From the NCBI GenBank assembly GCA_950097015.1, contig CATNEN010000001.1:2976001-3040000 (forward strand): a stretch of DNA of 64,000 bases, given 5' to 3'. The notes below the pieces were generated by a model, which worked only from the letters and a program-made list of their open reading frames with translations, had not been told where the DNA came from and did no database searches. Source of the stretch: Macrostomum hystrix. Lineage: Eukaryota > Animalia > Platyhelminthes. How positions within the stretch are numbered: position 1 is the first letter of the stretch; each line of letters begins with the position of its first letter. Below, piece after piece: positions 14,001 through 25,762 of this stretch. The translations under genes and the position numbers were made by a program.

Positions 14001-17000
14001 GTAGGATAGGAGATAAATGAGAATAGTAGGATAGGAGAGAAATGGGAATAATAGGAGAGGAGAGAAATGGGAATAGTAGGATAGGAGAGAAATGAGAATA
14101 ATAGGAGAGGAGAGAAATGAGAATAGTAGGATAGGAGAGAAATGGGAATAGTAGGATAGGAGAGAAATGAGAATAGTAGGATAGGAGAGAAATGGGAATA
14201 ATAGGAGAGGAGAGAAATGGGAATAGTAGGAGAGGAGAGAAATGAGAATAGTAGGAGAGGAGAGAAATGAGAATAGTAGGAGAGGAGAGAAATGAGAATA
14301 GTAGGATAGGAGAGAAATGAGAATAATAGGAGAGGAGAGAAATGAGAATAGTAGGATAGGAGAGAAATGAGAATAGTAGGATAGGAGAGAAATGAGAATA
14401 GTAGGATAGGAGAGAAATGAGAATAATAGGAGAGGAGAGAAATGGGAATAGTAGGATAGGAGAGAAATGGGAATAGTAGGATAGGAGAGAAATGGGAATA
14501 GTAGGATAGGAGAGAAATGAGAATAGTAGGATAGGAGAGAAATGGGAATAATAGGAGAGGAGAGAAATGGGAATAGTAGGATAGGAGAGAAATGAGAATA
14601 ATAGGAGAGGAGAGAAATGAGAATAGTAGGATAGGAGAGAAATGGGAATAGTAGGATAGGAGAGAAATGAGAATAGTAGGAGAGGAGAGAAATGAGAATA
14701 GTAGGAGAGGAGAGAAATGAGAATAGTAGGATAGAAGAGAAATGAGAATAGTAGGATAGGAGAGAAATGGGAATAGTAGGATAGGAGAGAAATGAGAATA
14801 GTAGGATAGGAGAGAAATGAGAATAGTAGGATAGGAGAGAAATGAGAATAGTAGGATAGGAGAGAAATGAGAATAATAGGATAGGAGAGAAATGGGAATA
14901 GTAGGATAGGAGAGAAATGGGAATAGTAGGATAGGAGAGAAATGGGAATAGTAGGATAGGAGAGAAATGGGAATAATAGGAGAGTAGAGAAATGGGAATA
15001 GTAGGATAGGAGAGAAATGAGAATAATAGGAGAGGAGAGAAATGAGAATAGTAGGATAGGAGAGAAATGGGAATAGTAGGATAGGAGAGAAATGAGAATA
15101 GTAGGATAGGAGAGAAATGGGAATAATAGGAGAGGAGAGAAATGGGAATAGTAGGATAGGAGAGAAATGGGAATAGTAGGATAGGAGAGAAATGAGAATA
15201 GTAGGATAGGAGAGAAATGGGAATAGTAGGATAGGAGAGAAATGGGAATAGTAGGATAGGAGAGAAATGGGAATAGTAGGATAGGAGAAAAATGAGAATA
15301 GTAGGATAGGAGAGAAATGGGAATAGTAGGATAGGAGAGAAATGGGAATAGTAGGATAGGAGAGAAATGGGAATAGTAGGATAGGAGAGAAATGAGAATA
15401 GTAGGATAGGAGAGAAATGAGAATAGTAGGATAGGAGAGAAATGAGAATAGTAGGATAGGAGAGAAATGGGAATAGTAGGATAGGAGAGAAATGGGAATA
15501 GTAGGAGAGGAGAGAAATGGGAATAGTAGGAGAGGAGAGAAATGGGAATAGTAGCATAGGAGAGAAATGAGAATAGTAGGATAGGAGAGAAATGTGAATA
15601 ATAGGAGAGGAGAGAAATGGGAATAGTAGGATAGGAGAGAAATGGGAATAGTAGGATAGGAGAGAAATGAGAATAGTAGGATAGGAGAGAAATGGGAATA
15701 GTAGGATAGGAGAGAAATGGGAATAGTAGGATAGGAGAGAAATGAGAATAGTAGGATAGGAGAGAAATGAGAATAGTAGGATAGGAGAGAAATGGGAATA
15801 GTAGGATAGGAGAGAAATGAGAATAGTAGGATAGGAGAGAAATGGGAATAATAGGAGAGGAGAGAAATGGGAATAGTAGGATAGGAGAGAAATGAGAATA
15901 ATAGGAGAGGAGAGAAATGAGAATAGTAGGATAGGAGAGAAATGGGAATAGTAGGATAGGAGAGAAATGAGAATAGTAGGATAGGAGAGAAATGGGAATA
16001 ATAGGAGAGGAGAGAAATGGGAATAGTAGGATAGGAGAGAAATGGGAATAGTAGGATAGGAGAGAAATGAGAATAGTAGGATAGGAGAGAAATGGGAATA
16101 GTAGGATAGGAGAGAAATGGGAATAGTAGGATAGGAGAGAAATGGGAATAGTAGGATAGGAGAAAAATGAGAATAGTAGGATAGGAGAGAAATGGGAATA
16201 GTAGGATAGGAGAGAAATGGGAATAGTAGGATAGGAGAGAAATGGGAATAGTAGGATAGGAGAGAAATGAGAATAGTAGGATAGGAGAGAAATGAGAATA
16301 GTAGGATAGGAGAGAAATGAGAATAGTAGGATAGGAGAGAAATGGGAATAGTAGGATAGGAGAGAAATGGGAATAGTAGGAGAGGAGAGAAATGGGAATA
16401 GTAGGAGAGGAGAGAAATGGGAATAGTAGCATAGGAGAGAAATGAGAATAGTAGGATAGGAGAGAAATGGGAATAATAGGAGAGGAGAGAAATGGGAATA
16501 GTAGGATAGGAGAGAAATGGGAATAGTAGGATAGGAGAGAAATGAGAATAGTAGGATAGGAGAGAAATGGGAATAGTAGGATAGGAGAGAAATGGGAATA
16601 GTAGGATAGGAGAGAAATGGGAATAGTAGGATAGGAGAAAAATGAGAATAGTAGGATAGGAGAGAAATGGGAATAGTAGGATAGGAGAGAAATGGGAATA
16701 GTAGGATAGGAGAGAAATGGGAATAGTAGGATAGGAGAGAAATGAGAATAGTAGGATAGGAGAGAAATGAGAATAGTAGGATAGGAGAGAAATGAGAATA
16801 GTAGGATAGGAGAGAAATGGGAATAGTAGGATAGGAGAGAAATGGGAATAGTAGGAGAGGAGAGAAATGGGAATAGTAGGAGAGGAGAGAAATGGGAATA
16901 GTAGCATAGGAGAGAAATGGGAATAGTAGGAGAGGAGAGAAATGAGAATAGTAGGATAGGAGAGAAATGAGAATAGTAGGATAGGAGAGAAATGGGAATA

Positions 17001-20000
17001 GTAGGAGAGGAGAGAAATGAGAATAGTAGGAGAGGAGAGAAATGAGAATAGTAGCATAGGAGAGAAATGGGAATAGTAGGATAGGAGAGAAATGAGAATA
17101 GTAGGAGAGGAGAGAAATGGGAATAGTAGCATAGGAGAGAAATGGGAATAGTAGGAGAGGAGAGAAATGGGAATAGTAGGATAGGAGAGAAATGGGAATA
17201 GTAGGATAGGAGAGAAATGAGAATAGTAGGATAGGAGAGAAATGGGAATAGTAGGATAGGAGAGAAATGAGAATAGTAGGATAGGAGAGAAATGGGAATA
17301 GTAGGATAGGAGAGAAATGAGAATAGTAGGATAGGAGAGAAATGGGAATAGTAGGATAGGAGAGAAATGAGAATAGTAGGATAGGAGAGAAATGGGAATA
17401 GTAGGATAGGAGAAAAATGAGAATAGTAGGATAGGAGAGAAATGGGAATAGTAGCATAGGAGAGAAATGGGAATAGTAGGAGAGGAGAGAAATGGGAATA
17501 GTAGGAGAGGAGAGAAATGAGAATAGTAGGATAGGAGAGAAATGGGAATAGTAGGAGAGGAGAGAAATGAGAATAGTAGCATAGGAGAGAAATGGGAATA
17601 GTAGGAGAGGAGAGAAATGGGAATAGTAGGAGAGGAGAGAAATGGGAATAGTAGCATAGGAGAGAAATGGGAATAGTAGGAGAGGAGAGAAATGGGAATA
17701 GTAGGAGAGGAGAGAAATGAGAATAGTAGGAGAGGAGAGAAATGGGAATAGTAGCATAGGAGAGAAATGGGAATAGTAGGAGAGGAGAGAAATGGGAATA
17801 GTAGGAGAGGAGAGAAATGAGAATAGTAGCATAGGAGAGAAATGGGAATAGTAGGAGAGGAGAAAAATGAGAATAGTAGGATAGGAGAGAAATGGGAAGA
17901 TAAGGATGGGGAGAAATGGGACAATAAGGATAGGGGAGAAATGGAAGATAAGGAGAGGAGAGAAATGAGAATAGTAGGAGAGGAGAGAAATGGGAATAGT
18001 AGGATAGGAGAGAAATGGGAATAGTAGGATAGGAGAGAAATGAGAATAGTAGGATAGGAGAGAAATGAGAATAGTAGGATAGGAGAGAAATGAGAATAGT
18101 AGGATAGGAGAGAAATGGGAATAGTAGGATAGGAGAGAAATGGGAATAGTAGGAGAGGAGAGAAATGGGAATAGTAGGATAGGAGAGAAATGGGAATAGT
18201 AGGATAGGAGAGAAATGGGAATAGTAGGATAGGAGAGAAATGGGAATAGTAGGATAGGAGAGAAATGGGAATAGTAGGAGAGGAGAGAAATGGGAATAGT
18301 AGGAGAGGAGAGAAATGAGAATAGTAGGATAGGAGAGAAATGAGAATAGTAGGAGAGGAGAGAAATGAGAATAGTAGGATAGGAGAGAAATGAGAATAGT
18401 AGGATAGGAGAGAAATGAGAATAGTAGGAGAGGAGAGAAATGGGAATAGTAGGATAGGAGAGAAATGAGAATAGTAGGAGAGGAGAGAAATGGGAATAGT
18501 AGGAGAGGAGAGAAATGAGAATGGTAGGAGAGGAGAGAAATGGGAATAGTAGGATAGGAGAAAAATGAGAATAGTAGGATAGGAGAGAAATGGGAATAGT
18601 AGGATAGGAGAGAAATGGGAATAGTAGGAGAGGAGAGAAATGGGAATAGTAGGAGAGGAGAGAAATGGGAATAGTAGCATAGGAGAGAAATGGGAATAGT
18701 AGGAGAGGAGAGAAATGAGAATAGTAGGATAGGAGAGAAATGAGAATAGTAGGATAGGAGAGAAATGGGAATAGTAGGAGAGGAGAGAAATGAGAATAGT
18801 AGGAGAGGAGAGAAATGAGAATAGTAGCATAGGAGAGAAATGGGAATAGTAGGATAGGAGAGAAATGAGAATAGTAGGAGAGGAGAGAAATGGGAATAGT
18901 AGCATAGGAGAGAAATGGGAATAGTAGGAGAGGAGAGAAATGGGAATAGTAGGATAGGAGAGAAATGGGAATAGTAGGATAGGAGAGAAATGAGAATAGT
19001 AGGATAGGAGAGAAATGGGAATAGTAGGATAGGAGAGAAATGAGAATAGTAGGATAGGAGAGAAATGGGAATAGTAGGATAGGAGAGAAATGAGAATAGT
19101 AGGATAGGAGAGAAATGGGAATAGTAGGATAGGAGAGAAATGAGAATAGTAGGATAGGAGAGAAATGGGAATAGTAGGATAGGAGAAAAATGAGAATAGT
19201 AGGATAGGAGAGAAATGGGAATAGTAGCATAGGAGAGAAATGGGAATAGTAGGAGAGGAGAGAAATGGGAATAGTAGGAGAGGAGAGAAATGAGAATAGT
19301 AGGATAGGAGAGAAATGGGAATAGTAGGAGAGGAGAGAAATGAGAATAGTAGCATAGGAGAGAAATGGGAATAGTAGGAGAGGAGAGAAATGGGTAGGAG
19401 AGGAGAGAAATGGGAATAGTAGCATAGGAGAGAAATGGGAATAGTAGGAGAGGAGAGAAATGGGAATAGTAGGAGAGGAGAGAAATGAGAATAGTAGGAG
19501 AGGAGATAAATGGGAATAGTAGCATAGGAAAGAAATGGGAATAGTAGGAGAGGAGAGAAATGGGAATAGTAGGAGAGGAGAGAAATGAGAATAGTAGCAT
19601 AGGAGAGAAATGGGAATAGTAGGAGAGGAGAGAAATGGGAATAGTAGGAGAGGAGAGAAATGGGAATAGTAGCATAGGAGAGAAATGGGAATAGTAGGAG
19701 AGGAGAGAAATGAGAATAGTAGGATAGGAGAGAAATGAGAATAGTAGGATAGGAGAGAAATGGGAATAGTAGGAGAGGAGAGAAATGAGAATAGTAGGAG
19801 AGGAGAGAAATGAGAATAGTAGCATAGGAGAGAAATGGGAATAGTAGGATAGGAGAGAAATGAGAATAGTAGGAGAGGAGAGAAATGGGAATAGTAGCAT
19901 AGGAGAGAAATGGGAATAGTAGGAGAGGAGAGAAATGGGAATAGTAGGATAGGAGAGAAATGGGAATAGTAGGATAGGAGAGAAATGAGAATAGTAGGAT

Positions 20001-23000
20001 AGGAGAGAAATGGGAATAGTAGGATAGGAGAGAAATGAGAATAGTAGGATAGGAGAGAAATGGGAATAGTAGGATAGGAGAGAAATGAGAATAGTAGGAT
20101 AGGAGAGAAATGGGAATAGTAGGATAGGAGAGAAATGAGAATAGTAGGATAGGAGAGAAATGGGAATAGTAGGATAGGAGAAAAATGAGAATAGTAGGAT
20201 AGGAGAGAAATGGGAATAGTAGCATAGGAGAGAAATGGGAATAGTAGGAGAGGAGAGAAATGGGAATAGTAGGAGAGGAGAGAAATGAGAATAGTAGGAT
20301 AGGAGAGAAATGGGAATAGTAGGAGAGGAGAGAAATGAGAATAGTAGCATAGGAGAGAAATGGGAATAGTAGGAGAGGAGAGAAATGGGAATAGTAGGAG
20401 AGGAGAGAAATGGGAATAGTAGCATAGGAGAGAAATGGGAATAGTAGGAGAGGAGAGAAATGGGAATAGTAGGAGAGGAGAGAAATGAGAATAGTAGGAG
20501 AGGAGAGAAATGGGAATAGTAGCATAGGAGAGAAATGGGAATAGTAGGAGAGGAGAGAAATGGGAATAGTAGGAGAGGAGAGAAATGAGAATAGTAGCAT
20601 AGGAGAGAAATGGGAATAGTAGGAGAGGAGAAAAATGAGAATAGTAGGATAGGAGAGAAATGGGAAGATAAGGATGGGGAGAAATGGGACAATAAGGATA
20701 GGGGAGAAATGGAAGATAAGGAGAGGAGAGAAATGAGAATAGTAGGAGAGGAGAGAAATGGGAATAGTAGGATAGGAGAGAAATGGGAATAGTAGGATAG
20801 GAGAGAAATGAGAATAGTAGGATAGGAGAGAAATGAGAATAGTAGGATAGGAGAGAAATGAGAATAGTAGGATAGGAGAGAAATGGGAATAGTAGGATAG
20901 GAGAGAAATGGGAATAGTAGGAGAGGAGAGAAATGGGAATAGTAGGATAGGAGAGAAATGGGAATAGTAGGATAGGAGAGAAATGGGAATAGTAGGATAG
21001 GAGAGAAATGGGAATAGTAGGATAGGAGAGAAATGGGAATAGTAGGAGAGGAGAGAAATGGGAATAGTAGGAGAGGAGAGAAATGAGAATAGTAGGATAG
21101 GAGAGAAATGAGAATAGTAGGAGAGGAGAGAAATGAGAATAGTAGGATAGGAGAGAAATGAGAATAGTAGGATAGGAGAGAAATGAGAATAGTAGGAGAG
21201 GAGAGAAATGGGAATAGTAGGATAGGAGAGAAATGAGAATAGTAGGAGAGGAGAGAAATGGGAATAGTAGGAGAGGAGAGAAATGAGAATAGTAGGAGAG
21301 GAGAGAAATGGGAATAGTAGGATAGGAGAAAAATGAGAATAGTAGGATAGGAGAGAAATGGGAATAGTAGGATAGGAGAGAAATGGGAATAGTAGGATAG
21401 GAGAGAAATGGGAATAGTAGGATAGGAGAGAAATGAGAATAGTAGGATAGGAGAGAAATGAGAATAGTAGGATAGGAGAGAAATGAGAATAGTAGGATAG
21501 GAGAGAAATGGGAATAGTAGGATAGGAGAGAAATGGGAATAGTAGGAGAGGAGAGAAATGGGAATAGTAGGAGAGGAGAGAAATGGGAATAGTAGCATAG
21601 GAGAGAAATGGGAATAGTAGGAGAGGAGAGAAATGAGAATAGTAGGATAGGAGAGAAATGAGAATAGTAGGATAGGAGAGAAATGGGAATAGTAGGAGAG
21701 GAGAGAAATGAGAATAGTAGGAGAGGAGAGAAATGAGAATAGTAGCATAGGAGAGAAATGGGAATAGTAGGATAGGAGAGAAATGAGAATAGTAGGAGAG
21801 GAGAGAAATGGGAATAGTAGCATAGGAGAGAAATGGGAATAGTAGGAGAGGAGAGAAATGGGAATAGTAGGATAGGAGAGAAATGGGAATAGTAGGATAG
21901 GAGAGAAATGAGAATAGTAGGATAGGAGAGAAATGGGAATAGTAGGATAGGAGAGAAATGAGAATAGTAGGATAGGAGAGAAATGGGAATAGTAGGATAG
22001 GAGAGAAATGAGAATAGTAGGATAGGAGAGAAATGGGAATAGTAGGATAGGAGAGAAATGAGAATAGTAGGATAGGAGAGAAATGGGAATAGTAGGATAG
22101 GAGAAAAATGAGAATAGTAGGATAGGAGAGAAATGGGAATAGTAGCATAGGAGAGAAATGGGAATAGTAGGAGAGGAGAGAAATGGGAATAGTAGGAGAG
22201 GAGAGAAATGAGAATAGTAGGATAGGAGAGAAATGGGAATAGTAGGAGAGGAGAGAAATGAGAATAGTAGCATAGGAGAGAAATGGGAATAGTAGGAGAG
22301 GAGAGAAATGGGAATAGTAGGAGAGGAGAGAAATGGGAATAGTAGCATAGGAGAGAAATGGGAATAGTAGGAGAGGAGAGAAATGGGAATAGTAGGAGAG
22401 GAGAGAAATGAGAATAGTAGGAGAGGAGAGAAATGGGAATAGTAGCATAGGAAAGAAATGGGAATAGTAGGAGAGGAGAGAAATGGGAATAGTAGGAGAG
22501 GAGAGAAATGAGAATAGTAGCATAGGAGAGAAATGGGAATAGTAGGAGAGGAGAAAAATGAGAATAGTAGGATAGGAGAGAAATGGGAAGATAAGGATGT
22601 GGAGAAATGGGACAATAAGGATAGGGGAGAAATGGAAGATAAGGAGAGGAGAGAAATGAGAATAGTAGGAGAGGAGAGAAATGGGAATAGTAGGATAGGA
22701 GAGAAATGGGAATAGTAGGATAGGAGAGAAATGAGAATAGTAGGATAGGAGAGAAATGAGAATAGTAGGATAGGAGAGAAATGAGAATAGTAGGATAGGA
22801 GAGAAATGGGAATAGTAGGATAGGAGAGAAATGGGAATAGTAGGAGAGGAGAGAAATGGGAATAGTAGGATAGGAGAGAAATGGGAATAGTAGGATAGGA
22901 GAGAAATGGGAATAGTAGGATAGGAGAGAAATGGGAATAGTAGGATAGGAGAGAAATGGGAATAGTAGGATAGGAGAGAAATGAGAATAGTAGGATAGGA

Positions 23001-25762
23001 GAGAAATGGGAATAGTAGGAGAGGAGAGAAATGGGAATAGTAGGAGAGGAGAGAAATGAGAATAGTAGGATAGGAGAGAAATGAGAATAGTAGGAGAGGA
23101 GAGAAATGAGAATAGTAGGAGAGGAGAGAAATGGGAATAGTAGGAGAGGAGAGAAATGAGAATAGTAGGAGAGGAGAGAAATGGGAATAGTAGGAGAGGA
23201 GAAAAATGAGAATAGTAGGATAGGAGAGAAATGGGAAGATAAGGATGGGGAGAAATGGGACAATAAGGATAGGGGAGAAATGGGAAGATAAGGATAGGAG
23301 AGAAATGGAAGATAAGGAGAGGAGAGAAATGAGAATAGTAGGAGAGGAGAGAAATGGGAATAGTAGGAGAGGAGAGAAATGAGAATAGTAGGATAGGAGA
23401 GAAATGAGAATAGTAGGATAGGAGAGAAATGAGAATAGTAGGATAGGAGAGAAATGGGAATAGTAGGAGAGGAGAGAAATGAGAATAGTAGGAGAGGAGA
23501 GAAATGAGAATAGTAGGATAGGAGAGAAATGAGAATAGTAGGAGAGGAGAGAAATGGGAATAGTAGGAGAGGAGAGAAATGAGAATAGTAGGAGAGGAGA
23601 GAAATGGGAATAGTAGGAGAGGAGAGAAATGAGAATAGTAGGAGAGGAGAGAAATGGGAATAGTAGGAGAGGAGAAAAATGAGAATAGTAGGATAGGAGA
23701 GAAATGAGAATAGTAGGAGAGGAGAGAAATGAGAATAGTAGGAGAGGAGAGAAATGGGAATAGTAGGAGAGGAGAGAAATGAGAATAGTAGGATAGGAGA
23801 GAAATGAGAATAGTAGGAGAGGAGAGAAATGAGAATAGTAGGATAGGAGAGAAATGAGAATAGTAGGATAGGAGAGAAATGAGAATAGTAGGAGAGGAGA
23901 GAAATGGGAATAGTAGGATAGGAGAGAAATGAGAATAGTAGGAGAGGAGAGAAATGGGAATAGTAGGAGAGGAGAGAAATGAGAATAGTAGGAGAGGAGA
24001 GAAATGGGAATAGTAGGATAGGAGAGAAATGAGAATAGTAGGAGAGGAGAGAAATGGGAATAGTAGGAGAGGAGAGAAATGAGAATAGTAGGAGAGGAGA
24101 GAAATGGGAATAGTAGGATAGGAGAGAAATGAGAATAGTAGGAGAGGAGAGAAATGGGAATAGTAGGAGAGGAGAGAAATGAGAATAGTAGGAGAGGAGA
24201 GAAATGGGAATAGTAGGATAGGAGAGAAATGAGAATAGTAGGAGAGGAGAGAAATGGGAATAGTAGGAGAGGAGAGAAATGGGAATAGTAGGAGAGGAGA
24301 GAAATGGGAAGATAAGGATAGGGAAAATGGGAAGATAAGGATATGAGAGAAATGGGAAGATAAGGATAGGAGAGAAATGGGAAGATAAGGACAGGGGAGA
24401 AATGGGAAGATTAGGATAGGAGAGAAATGGGAAGGTTAGAAGAGGAACCAGGAAGATTGATTGCCTTTAAACTCACAAGTAGTAATGCTTCCGGTAGCAT
24501 TGAATTGGACAACTTTTAACAGGCGCGCATTTGGCGCTGATAGATCCAAGATAAGTTGCATAACAGTGAACACAACGGCAACCAATAGCAGTGTGAGGAC
24601 AGTTCGCACCGTAATGATTATGTCATTGTTGATACAGTTCACGTAGGCTAAAATTATAATGGCAAGAAATCAATAAAAAAATACAAATTAGGTTATTTAT
24701 CCACACAATCTGGCACTTCAAGGTTGTTCCAGGTACACGACCCGAAACCCATTTTTACTTGCTCCGCAAATCGAGTAATTAAAAATCTTAAAATTTCGAA
24801 ATGAAATTCTTCGTACCAACTGCATGACGATGTAATGTTATAAATTTAAAATACATGTAAAGATAATAGAGAAAAATTTATGGCGATTTTTCATACTTTA
24901 AAATTTAGTTACATTTATTTCAAATGCTTTAATGACAGAGGTTGTAGTCTTGTGGTTAGAGCGTTAATGAAGGTCGGGGGTTCGTTTCCTGACTCCACTG
25001 GAACAATGTGATCCTTCAGCAAGACACCTAACTCTACAAATGGTTACCAGCATTAGTTGGGGTAATTGAGGGTGGGTGTGGCGTCCCCCCAGTCCATGGA
25101 CTGATCAGCAGCACCCAGCCTTCAGATACGTCGCCCAATAGCTGCGGCTGTGCTGTCGGCTGCACATCTGGCCCAATTTGGGCAGGTGTAATAAATGCTT
25201 AAATTTCTACTTGCACTAGTAGTAAAATGAAGTCTTTAAAATATTCGAGATCCGAAAATGTCTGGATCCGGGACAGCATGTCTGGATATGGCCACTCACA
25301 TTCTTCGCCAGCTCGCCACACCAGACTGCTAGATTCTCCTTTAGTTCTTTGCAACAATTCGCCATTGGCCAGAAAGGCACCAGTGCCGATGTACACATGA
25401 TTGCAGCCGCCGCCGCGCGTATAGAACCAATCGGAGGCGCCGCTAGACATTGCCAGTAGTGCCAGAACGCAGCCGGAGCAGATGGCGGCTGGGAAATTTC
25501 TCGCGGCCTCCTGGTACGGATCTAGGAGCTCGCTGTCTCGTCTGGCATTGGCTAGATGATTATGGAACCAGGCTCCAGCGCGGCTGAACATTGGTAGGCG
25601 TCTCCGCTGCCGCTGCTGCGGCTGATTCGATTGAACATCCTGCAGCAGCTGCGAGTCCTCTTCCTGCTGCTCGGATATTCTGATTGGCTGAACGACTTCT
25701 GGGACGGCTTGGGGCTCCCCTTCCTCTAGAAGGAGCGGCTGCAGCAGCTCCTGTTCTGTATT
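5013..25762 (-). CDS. TMEM127: Transmembrane protein 127 (TMEM127) orthologue; exons 25762-25300 (ATG at 25591, frame open further upstream), 24647-24477, 5617-5013
   Basis: The spliced product reads RNFPAAICSGCVLALLAMSSGASDWFYTRGGGC...YVNCINNDIIITVRTVLTLLLVAVVFTVMQLILDLSAPNARLLKV..SITTCLVCVTACGLTYWAAELI..RPNSQVTVALCSGYYLIGAAGLLSILAAAFN. This matches the TMEM127 four-TM pattern and has a C-terminal PPAY. Both introns are GT-AG and phase 1. From ATG 25591 the CDS is 1068 nt (355 aa). The true 5' end is uncertain. Confidence 0.88.
5695..24435. repeat. 25-bp purine-rich satellite (GAATAGTAGGA[T/G]AGGAGAGAAATG[G/A]), about 750 copies, filling the last TMEM127 intron
   Basis: Uninterrupted 25-bp periodicity over 18.7 kb. 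Divergent cassettes occur near 17896, 20665, 22587 and 23236, with a degenerate edge at 24307-24435. Confidence 0.98.
24938..25195 (+). mobile_element. tRNA-derived SINE, family A (CORE-like central domain)
   Basis: Box A-like TGTGGTTAGAGCG and box B-like GGTTCGTTTCC, then CCTTCAGCAAGACACCTAACTCT and a 3' tail ending TGGCCCAATTTGGGCAGGTGTAA. Collinear with the copy at 28903. Confidence 0.8.

Noticed and set aside
5572-23263. Three giant minus-strand ORFs (4617-5867 aa)
   Set aside because: Artefacts of a G-free 25-bp repeat that lacks stop codons in all frames. All three encode the same 25-aa cycle and lie in the TMEM127 intron.
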